From contig CP075493.1 of NCBI GenBank assembly GCA_021613535.1, forward strand, positions 17,670,001 through 17,734,000: a stretch of DNA of 64,000 bases, given 5' to 3'. A program made the position numbers and the translations under genes. Position 1 is the stretch's first letter. Every line of letters starts with the position of its first letter. This document shows, one piece after another, positions 53,276 to 64,000 of the stretch. This stretch comes from Adineta vaga. Lineage: Eukaryota; Animalia; Rotifera. Under the pieces are notes generated by a model. That model did not search any database. It was not told where the DNA came from and was given only the letters and a program-made list of their open reading frames with translations.

Positions 53276-56200
53276 TCGATTAGATATCATGTCGATCCTG
53301 ATGTGCCGTGGTTATGCGATGAACGACTTTCCAATGCTGGCAAGCCCAGTTTCACAAGATTTCTTATTCTGAATATATTATAATTTTTCTTCCTATAGAA
53401 GAACGTCCTAGCGGCCTAATGATTTATACATAATAGATGACCACTAGTGAGACACCAAGACGCTAGTACTATAGAGAAAAATCTTGATCAATTGAGAATA
53501 GAGACTCTCTCTATAGAAGAGCGTCCTGGCGTCTTAATGATTCATATATATGATATAAGTATTCGTAAGACACCAGAACGTTTTTCTATAGAGCACTTAT
53601 TATTTTTAATTTACTTAAGGATTTTCTTTCAATAGTAGTAGTAGCTTGGAAGCGTCCTGAAGTAATCAGCAATAACGAACGAATAAGTAGCATGTTGTTT
53701 TGTTGCGAGAAATTTTCTGTGTGACCAACGCTTGAGAATAACAGAAATCAATTATTCTATTTTTATTATGCGTAACTGCATGTTTTTTTTAGATAGTTTT
53801 CTGTTTTCACTGAACATTGAATTGTTTTGATGAAAGTAAAAAGAAAATAGATTCACTTTTTTTAAGATAATAATGACATTTCTAATTATCTATATGAAAA
53901 AATTATTTATTCTTATGTCGTTTGACCGACAGCTGTGTTTTTTTCTCTTTCTGTTCTGTCATTCTGTTATGTTTTCTTGTTAAGTTCATCAGGTCACGAC
54001 AGACGTCCATTCCGTGTGTTCTGATCGTTCCTTCTTCACTGTTTTCAATCAAGCTTGTCTATTGTCCGTCATATTCTGTTTCTTTCATTTACTCTCATCA
54101 GATATAACCTTTTCTTTTATTTAACAGTGATTTAATAATGAAGTATTCCGTCACCAAGAATCTTCTATTCAATAATTTATTAAATCGTTTCTTATTTTAC
54201 TTGAAAATTTGTTTTTTATTGCATGAAAATATCGATAATACGATCGAAGATTTCCTCTTCATCTTTCGAAAAAGTTAAAAAAACATAGTCGAGGTCATTC
54301 TAATATTTCTTAAGATTTCTGGTATACATATTGTCATACATAACTATAAACTGATCGATTCAAAATGATGTCTATATATTCATTGACTGCTTAAAATATT
54401 TTTTCCTGAAAAGATGACTTTGTATTGTACTGGATTAGAACAGAGAAAAATATTGTCTCAAATGGTCAAGATATAGAGTAATGAAATATATATATGATGA
54501 AAAAGAAAAAAATTCTAAAAAAATAGCTAAGAAATAACATGAAGTCTAGATATTATAACAACAAATATATTCGCATTTACCGACTATTTTTTTTCAATAT
54601 TGTTCTCTTCTATATTCATCCTCTTTCCTTCAACGAGCACATTAATCGTGAAATAAAGAGAGAGACAGAGAGAGAAAAGGAGAAGAAGAAAGAGATAGAT
54701 GGATAATAACAATGAATACACGTAATGAAGAGATAATCGAAAATGTCTAGTGGGTAGAACAAAAGATATTAACATAAACGTGTACACTTGTAATTAGCTC
54801 ATGACACATGTCTACGAAGACGTTCATAGAGACCCAAACTAGACTAAATATAGGTGTTGATAGATTAGAGACATATATAAGTTTTGTTCCAGACGCGATT
54901 ATGGTCATAGATCAAAAGATTGAATGAAAAAAAATAGTCTAGACAAAAGAAAATCAGATATTAATCTTCTTTATACCGGACTATAAATAGTCTTGTATTT
55001 GCTCCATTCATTCATTCGACTTATTCACTGGCTACTGGTAACATCAAGAACATTATTCATATGGTACAATGATCTACAACAAATTATTGCAGTTTGGTTT
55101 TATTATCCATCTTCTCTTCAGTCAATGATATCAAAATTTCTCCTGATTCACCATTGCTGATTCGTGATGAAGTTGATCTTAAATTTGGACAAAAGTCATG
55201 TGGAACAAATGATCAAATTGTACAATTATAACTCAGGGTATTTATAATTGATCCGTTGTGGAATCCGACCCTTTTTAGGGAATTCGATGAATAAAATTAA
55301 AAAATATTTACTTAATTTCATTCTTAACTATTTTTGATGATGTTGAGAACGAGTATTTAGAAACATCAATGTAATCGATTAAAAATTTTACATTATTGAT
55401 TGATTGATTGATCACATGTTTCAAAAAATAAATAGTTCTATTTTAGACAAAAAGAATCTAGTTGTTTTCTCTGTCTGTCTGTTTGAAATGTTAGTATATT
55501 TCAACGAGACTTGAAAAAAAAGTAAAATCTATAAAAAAAACTTGGAAAGTTGATAGATACAAACAAAACGTATCAAAAATAAATGTCGCAAATGGAAATT
55601 TTCAACAAATTAATAGTTTAAATTATAATGTAGAAGAAAAGCTATTCCAATGTCTATTTTTGATAGAGTAACAAAATCAAACTCAAAAATTTGATAAAAC
55701 GATGTCGATTCATCCATATAAAACAGATCAATGAAAAAAACGTACCAAAGAGCAATACATTAATTAGGAATTCTTCGAAATCGGTCAGATTGATAATGAA
55801 TCATAAAAAGAAGAGAATCTGTTATGAATTTCAACAAAATGAAAGTATTGTATAATGAGAATATTTAAATATCAACAAATTAAATTACAATTCGTAAATA
55901 AGAACCGAATCAATCGAGCATTTTTCGATTTTGAATAAGTTAGAAGAGAAATCTAAAAGAGATAAAGTCAGAACAGAACAATACCAACTCATCTAATCGT
56001 ATTTAAAATAAACAAAAATTCATCACAAATGTTCGTTGTTCGTGATTATTCGTTTTTCACGGTTAGATAAGAAGCAGAATGAAAAATAATCTGTATATTC
56101 TAACATATTGTTTCATTTATTCAACATCCATACTATAATTCAGAAACTTGAATTGATATCAATCAGTGAGATTTTAAAAAAATTTCAAAACATTACAAAC

Positions 56201-58115
56201 TGAAGATAATTTCTCATTTTAAGATTATAATTTCTATTATATCAAGTGAAGATATTATTTCTTCTATTGATTTCATCATCTCATTGATAAATTCTGTATT
56301 TCTAAAATTAATAAGCACTATTTCAACAATATCTAGGTAAGTCATGTTCTTTTTTGTTTAAGTTAGGATAAATATCAATTTAATTTAATCAATAGAGTAA
56401 GACATAGCTCATTTAAAGAAATAAAAGAGATATCATACTCGATTTAATGTTCTTTTCAATGAAACGAAATTATTTTTTTTCGAAAATTTTTCTCATTTTG
56501 TTAAAAATAGAGATGCATCACTTGACCTTTCGAATAGAGAAAAATGCTTTGTCTTTTGTTTTATCAAATTTTAATTTTGAAATAAAATTCAATCAAAGTA
56601 AAATCATTGATTGAAATCATAAATTTAGAAAATGAACATTCTACATCACAAACAATTTTTTCTGCATATAACGATTCATTTTGTGTAAAATTTAAAAGAA
56701 AGAAAAATTAAATCTGTTTAGTATTCAGTCAATTATTGATTATTCTTTCACTATTTTTTCTCATCTTTACCATCTATTGATAAAAATATTCATTATTTGA
56801 ACATAAGTATGAGTTTCTAACGTCAACTATTGAGCTGCTTTATTGTCTTAATATTTTCATCTCAAAGTTGCATACATTAAGTTTTTTCTCTATTTTCATT
56901 GGTTGTTTTTTGAGAACATTAATTTATATTATCTATTAGAATGATGCATCCCATTGTATCTCTTCTGATATAAAATTACAAGCCGAAAATTATAGGAGTT
57001 TGAGTTTATATTTATGAGTTCGTTTGTTTTGCATCTGAACTTATATATGATTTTCTATATATCATCTAAAATAGGATATCATTCTATGAAAATAATGAAA
57101 TTAAAAAATTCAACCATCAGAAATTTTCATTGTTTTTTCAAATCGACATAACGTGATGAATAACGAACTTTTGTTTATCTTCTTTCGTTGAAAAGAAGTT
57201 AACACGTAAAAAGTGAAACGTTTAAAGTTTTCATATCTCGTATGTTTATTAACATCTATGAATGAGCTTTTTACCTTCTACGAGAATTTCATTTTGAGAA
57301 AAAAGATATTCAGTTTATTTCAGAAAATAATAATTTAGAATCGAATAGTTGAATAATATTGTTTCATCATATTTCTTCTTCACAATTGTGATCGTGTACA
57401 CCTTAAGATTTTGATTATATTCAAATTGAATTTTTTAAATATTTTTTAAAATTCATTATGATGGATTGATCATTTATCTTAGTTTAAATGTACGAATTAA
57501 ACATAAATCTAGATGAATCTGCCAATACTGATAGAAAACAATCTTCTAATGAAATTAACCAAAAATTATATTTGTATTTTGCGTTTAACTTTATTATTTT
57601 TGTTTGGTTATCAATGTGAAAATATCCTTTTTTGACTATAGTTTTTGTAGAATAAGCAATGAAAGTTAGTGAAAAAAGTAAATTTGTTTTTGTAAATTAA
57701 ATAATGACGTTGTCGACATGATAAAGAATTAGATTATGATATCTCATGAACATGAATAAATAAATAAATAAACAAATAAATAAGACATATGATCATTACA
57801 TAAATTCTTGAACCTATTTATGTTTTTATTCGATCATCGCCCAATAAATCATATACATATTCTGACAAAAACAATTCTATTTTAAACGATAAACCCATGA
57901 TTTATTATTTGAATATTTCCATTATATAAGATACTGGCATTTTTGCTGTTTTGAAAGTTTGTAATGTTCGTTTTTTTAAACATTGAAGGATATGTTATTT
58001 TCCACGAAATTTGGAAAGAAAACAATTTTTTATAGAAAAAACACATACAAGAATCTGAACTTCAAAATGTAAATTTCTTGTATGATCTTCTTTTTCAAAT
58101 AGATTACTATGTGAA

Positions 58116-58841
58116 ATCAGTGTGAAGCTAGCACCACGAAGCTAACACCACCAAACTAAGAGTTTTGTGAAAATGAATTCCCGTCGATAAAAATGAGTCT
58201 ATTCGACGTAGAATTTGATTCTGAGTCGAATGGTGACATTTTTATTCACGGGAAAACGATAGGAAAAACGTTTTCTTTGATCTTTATTTGTCTTCTATAC
58301 ATGTATATACGTCGTTATACGACATTCGGCATGTAATTTCTCTGCCCAGAATGAATTCCTGCCCATGGAAAAGAGTCTATTCGACGCAGGATTTGATTCT
58401 GCATCGAATGGCGCTACTTTCATTCACGGGAAAACGATCAGGACGAAGCTTACCTCGATTTTTTATTTTCCTCTCATACTTACATATATAAAAGAAAATT
58501 TCGAATAAAATTTTTCAATTCGTTTTCCCGTGAATGAAAGTAGCGCCATTCGATGCAGAATCAAATCCTGCGTCGAATAGACTCTTTTCCATGGGCAGGA
58601 ATTCATTCTGGGCAGAGAAATTACATGCCGAATGTCGTATAACGACGTATATACATGTATAGAAGACAAATAAAGATCAAAGAAAACGTTTTTCCTATCG
58701 TTTTCCCGTGAATAAAAATGTCACCATTCGACTCAGAATCAAATTCTACGTCGAATAGACTCATTTTTATCGACGGGAATTCATTTTCACAAAACTCTTA
58801 GTTTGGTGGTGCTAGCTTCGTGGTGCTAGCTTCACACTGAT
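58116..58841. mobile_element. Foldback / MULE-like non-autonomous element, 726 bp
   Basis: 322-bp near-perfect inverted arms (58116-58437 and 58520-58841), 82-bp loop, perfect 9-bp TSD CTATGTGAA; an ~88-bp subunit is duplicated within each arm. Confidence 0.92.
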
Positions 58842-59096
58842 CTATGTGAATGTATTTTTTTCATTGTTACATTAAAAGCAAAGGAAATATATGAAATACC
58901 ATCTGGTCAAATGCAATTCAAAAGAAAAGATGACGCTTTGTTTTATTATATTTATTAATTTGATAATAGATTGGTCTCATTCAACAACATTATACATAGT
59001 TCAATCTTAAGAAATTGTTTTTTAATCGAAACCTTTTAAGCAGTTAAGTTTTAAAATAAACATAATATGTTTTAGATTATAGTATAAAAACGAAAT

Positions 59097-62000
59097 ATGA
59101 ACAACCAATGCATTTTTTGCACCACCTTGTGTACAAGTTATTGTTGCACACAATGTAGTCAAATGAGTCGTGGTTTAAAATTTGAACGGTTACTTCAGCG
59201 TCTAGAAAAATGTTCTGAAACTATCATGTACCGTGACGAAATCAATTCTGTTGTACAACGAATTAAACAAGTGAGTTTATTCAAATGACGATTAAGTTAA
59301 AAAAATAAAGATATTTTAGATGGATTCAATTATGAGGCCATTTCAATTTTATCCGACTTATGTTTTTGATGAAACAAAGCATGAACTAGATGTGGTCGCT
59401 AAGGAATATCTTGAAAAAGCAGCTGATGATACACATCATCTTGTTCCCGTTGACGTTCCTGGCGATGGAAATTGTCTATATCACTCTATTGTTCTTTTGA
59501 TGAATAATCCATTGGTGACGGCTAATGAATTGCGAGGTATAGACTTTTTCTTTGATGTTGCGCTAAATTTAGTTCTGAAAATTTGTTTAGTTCGAACTGT
59601 TATTGAACTTATAACTAATGAAAACTATTACGATACCATGTATTCACAATATGCAGGAAATACTGATATTATTATTCAAGCAGCTTGCAGAAAGGGGATG
59701 TATTCTGAATTACATGAAGTTGCTGCATTATGCAATGTACTACAATGTAACATACGAAGTGTTTATCCAAAAATCGATTTTCAATATTATAAGGCGATTT
59801 GGGATAGCGTCTTTACACCTATTCCACCTGTTATTGGAAATTGTAACATTGCAATCTTATGGTCAAATACTTTACATGAAAATCATGTTCGAGAAATGTA
59901 TAATGGCACATGGAGGCCAAATCATTTTGTTCCACTTCTGTCGCCACCTATTCTTAATGAATTTAATAGCCACTCAGTGTCACTTGTCGTGGTAAGTTAG
60001 CGATTTGCAAATAAAAACATTAGAATCCTGAAACTTTTCTTTAGACTCCTGAAAAGAGAACATTCAAGAACAATACTGTTACTCAAATAAGAATACCTGA
60101 ATTTCAATCTTCTCCTAGTAGACGATTACGAAGTGAAAACAATATCGGAAATGATTTTGCTCAATCAAACATTTCAGGTTCAATGCAAACAGAAATGAAT
60201 GATAAAGAAGAACGACATCAAAACCAGCTTCAAAAGAAAAGAGAACAAAGTCGATCTCGTCAAATGAATGAAACAGAAGAACAGCGACAAATTCGTCTAC
60301 AGAAAGAGAGAGAACGAAGTCGGGTGAGTCGAATGAGTGAAACAGACCAGCAGCGTCAGATTCGTCTCGAGAAGAAAAGAGAACGAACTCAATCCAAGCG
60401 AACAAATGAATCAGAAGAGCAACGTCGGATTCGACTCAAGACTATGAGTGAAAGAAATCGATCGAGTCGAACAAACGCATTAGAACAGCAACGTCGGATT
60501 CGACTCAAGACTATGAGTGAAAGAAATCGATCGAGTCGAACAAACGCATTAGAACAGCAACGTCAAATTCGACTTGAACAACAAAGAAAACGAAGTCAAG
60601 CAAATAGAACTACAAAGAAACATGAAACTGTTGGTGGCGGACATGACTCTGTCCACTCACTTTGGCCTGAACCCATTTCTCGAGATTTAAAAGAAACTCG
60701 TTTGCAACAATTTTTAGAACAGATGTCTATGTCAAAATTGGCTGAAGCGACTTGTGCAGTTTGTAACATTCGGACTCCAGCAAATGATTCGAAGAAAATA
60801 CCCATCTCAAAAATTCCTAATATGGATTTACTTAAAGTTTCTGAAGATCTGAAAACTTTAATTAAAAATTCAATGGAAAATGCTGCCACTCACACTGATG
60901 AAAACAATATACATACGACGTCACATACCAAAAGTATATAGAATTCATTCGATTTAAAAAATTTACAGATTTGTTTTTTTTAGATCTATCAAATTCTGAT
61001 TCGTCAGCTTTTTACTGTGAAAACGATATTGTTTTGTACAAAAACGGCATGCTTGAAACAAACAGAGTAAAAATGTGTATCCTCCGTCAAAAATGTCACA
61101 CTTCTCTTTCAAAAGAAAAAATTCCGAAGTTTTCAGCTGCTAATAATATGTGGCTAGGTGATATACCTAAGGAATTACAAGGATTGACGATTCCAGAAGA
61201 AAAATTAATATCTCTCTATCGTCACAATAGCTGTATAATAAAGCTTCAATCACCTTTTCACTCAACTACAACTGCTCAAACGGCATTAAAGGGAAATTGT
61301 ATTACGTTTCTTCAAAATGTACCAAATATTGTCACTAGTTTACCACTTACACTTACTGATCTTTGTGATACACTTAAAGTAATCTTTATTGGAGCTCGAC
61401 CACCTGATCGTCTTCATCTTAGAAAAGTTTTAACAGTACGCAAGAAAAAAATTATTGAAGCATTACAATGGTTGAAAAAATATAACATACTTTATCACAA
61501 CATCAATATAAATCTTGATAATATTGCTCAATTACCAGAAGATGATGTACCAGAATGCATCATGTCAACTTTAGAACAAAAGATAGGTGATGAAGACGGT
61601 CAATCTGAAAGAACTGGATATGTTCCTGATCCATTAATGAATCCACAAGAACGCACTACTGCAGATGTCATACCTATCAGTAACAGGTAAGAGGAATTAA
61701 CAAATCAATGAATTCATATAGCTTCTCTATTTTAGTGGTGTTCTTGATGTTAATGGCTCATCAGTATCATCAGAAGAGATTACTAATTACTTTTTGCAGA
61801 AAATGAAAACAAATGATCAAGCAGTTACTGAAAATGTTTACCTAATTCCACATTCATCAAAACCTGTCAATGAATATTTCAATCCAAAATTATTAACTGC
61901 CTTATATCCAACTTTATTCTGTTATGGACGTGGTGCACCTGAAGATCAATCACGTTCAATTGAAATTAAATTCAAAGAACATATACGTTACCTATTGTCT

Positions 62001-64000
62001 TATAATGATCGTCGCTTTGAAACAAATCATAGTTTCATATTTGTAGTCTTCAACGTATTGCAACGACGTGATGCTTGTTTTCATGCTCAATTAATCGCAA
62101 CAAAACCATATTTTCAAGCATCAGCTAATGAAATTCAATCAATCAAAAGCAAAGATATTGAAGCGGCTCTTGACAACAATACGAAAAGAACATATAATAC
62201 AGAAGCAACCCACGAAAAAAAATATTTAGTAAAACCGCTAGTATCAGCGGTTTTTTTCAGAACGCCGCGGTTTCTATGCAGCACACCGCGGTATGATTTT
62301 GGTAACCGCCATTTCTATCGGTTTTTATGGAACGAGGTAATACCAAATCGCGGTTAATGACGTCCATACCGCGATTTCATATAAAGTGGTAATGAGCGGT
62401 TTTGCATACCACGGTGTAACGAGTAATAACCGCGTTATTATATACAGTGGTTATCAGTGGTTCTGCATACCGCGGTGCGGACGTTAACAACCGCGGTTTC
62501 ATATAAAGTGGCAATGAGCGGTTTTCTATACCGCGGTGTACCAACTATTAACCGCGGTTTCATATAGACTGGTAATCAGTGGCGTTGGATATCGCGGTAT
62601 GAATACTAATAACCGCGGTTTTCTGAGACTGCGGTTAGTAGTGGTTTTTCTTAAACCGCGGTATGGATTTCAACAACTGCGGTTTAATGAACCGCGGTGT
62701 ACTGGCTGAAGAACGCGGTATCTCAATTCAAAAATGAATGTGCAAGGACTTAGAGGATGTCGTGCCCCGCTTTTTCGTAACTTTTTGCACAATTTTTCTT
62801 GTGTGGGCTCTGTCATCAACAAATGACTTAGGAGTTCAATGGGACTTGGAAAAGTTCCTACAAAGCCCCTCGAAGGGCAACCTCTCTTAAAGTGTAGAGG
62901 GGAGAGGCTGACTAGGTGGCCTTGGGTGAATTCAGTTGGGTGGGGTTTTTGACACCGCGGTTTTCAGCGGTTTATATGGACCGCAATTCTCAACGGTTTT
63001 CTCATAAAGCGGGAGTCAGACCATTAATGAAGTTATCAGAAACCGCCTCAAACCGCGATTCTCAAAAACCGCGGTTTCTGGCGGTATTTGGCACCTTCAT
63101 TAATGGTCTGACTTCCGCTTTATAAAAAAACCGTTGAAAATCGCGGTTTCCAAAACCGCTGAATGGCAGCGGTTTTTTGTCTTATTTTTTTCCGTGGGAA
63201 ATAGTGCATTAAATAAACTTTTACAACATATTAAAACTGTCGGTGGTCGAGTTATGGGATCAGCATATTCTAGAACGGCCTTACGTACTCGTATACATGC
63301 ACTTATTTTTAATCAAGGTTTACCGAGTATATTTCTTACCATAAATCCAGCCGACATTCATAGTCCTGTAGCATTATATTTTGCTGGTGTTCAACTCAAT
63401 CTTGATCAAATTAAAGATGAACAACTTATGGATACTTATCGAAGAGCCGAAATTATAGCATCTCATCCTGTTGCTACTGCCAAATTTTTCCATGTATTGA
63501 TCAGCAATATCTTGGAAACTATGATAATGGATGGAGTTCTTGGGCCAATAAAGGCTTACTTTGGTACAGTCGAAAGTCAAGGCCGAGGTTCACTTCACTT
63601 GCATCTTCTTATTTGGCTTGATCATGATATGAAACCAACTGATATGAAAGAAAAAATTCAAGATGCTACTTTTCGTAACAAGCTAATAGCATATTTAGAA
63701 GATATCATCAAAGAAGATTTAGATGATTTCAAAGAAAAACAAATCACCGAATCTTCTAACGGTATGAAATATATTTATGCTATTGAATTGTTCATCTTTC
63801 TTTATTTATAGTAGAACCACAACCATCGCAAAATAATATTTATAATGCTTTACGTACTATTGATTTGACAGGTGCTGCAGAAAATACACTTCGGTCGCCT
63901 CTTTTTTCAACACCAACTAAGCAGCATTTACCTTCTCCATCGATTCCATTTCGTTCACCATCAATTCCATATGGATCTCCAGTAGCAAGTCCATTGGCAC
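59097..64000 (+). CDS. Helentron RepHel (OTU protease, R/Q-rich repeats, DUF6570-like, Rep HUH), multi-exon, interrupted, partial
   Basis: OTU motifs VPGDGNCLYHS and W.PNHFVPL; EQRQIRLE repeats; KFSAANNMWLG; LYPTLFCYGRG; FLTINPAD; GTVESQGRGSLHLHLLIWL (HUH); short GT-AG introns; insertion at 62209-63198. Confidence 0.9.
62209..63198. mobile_element. Non-autonomous CMC-like element (CCC...GGG, 2-bp AA TSD) inserted in RepHel
   Basis: TIRs CCCACGAAAAAAAATA / TATTTTTTTCCGTGGG; AA TSD; removal restores the TEA-N-SAL frame; many ACCGCGGT palindromes in ~58-bp units. Confidence 0.9.

Larger units (their letters stand above)
52760..64000 (+). mobile_element. Helentron (Helitron2-like), extending beyond the window
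   Basis: Starts TTCCCTC...GAGGG hairpin, GT-rich and (GGTCAAA)n microsatellites and tandem repeats; long AT-rich spacer; then an OTU-RepHel gene; left boundary inferred from truncation of the host gene. Confidence 0.65.

Noticed and set aside
58288-58669. Two near-identical 67/68-aa ORFs on opposite strands
   Set aside because: Artefact of the foldback element's inverted arms

Overview
AT-rich eukaryotic genomic DNA with short GT-AG introns, most likely from a bdelloid rotifer (inferred from (TGTGGG)n repeats and from TPR/ADP-ribosyltransferase, NHL, Kelch, F-box and LDLa-EGF-GPCR families typical of bdelloids). The window is a high-turnover region. Apparently intact genes: a small secreted protein, a 7TM-ion-channel-like protein, a Cys-rich/Kelch protein, an ART-TPR-NHL protein and a ~2,020-aa ankyrin/coiled-coil protein. 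Many pseudogenes or truncated fragments are present (three LDLa/EGF-GPCR copies, a GPCR, an F-box, two TPR/ART). Transposons: an ~8-kb autonomous CMC/EnSpm-like element (CCC...GGG ends, 2-bp TSD, transposase, BEN-like ORF, tRNA-like sequence), two non-autonomous CCC/2-bp-TSD elements, hAT mini-MITEs, a 726-bp foldback element with a 9-bp TSD, HINE-like repeats, and a Helentron running off the right edge. The most striking unexplained signal is about 14 dispersed short hairpins made of inverted telomere-type repeats, (GGGTGT)n-[~19-24 nt variable loop]-(ACACCC)n. They lack TSDs, and several sit at junctions where genes or repeats are truncated.
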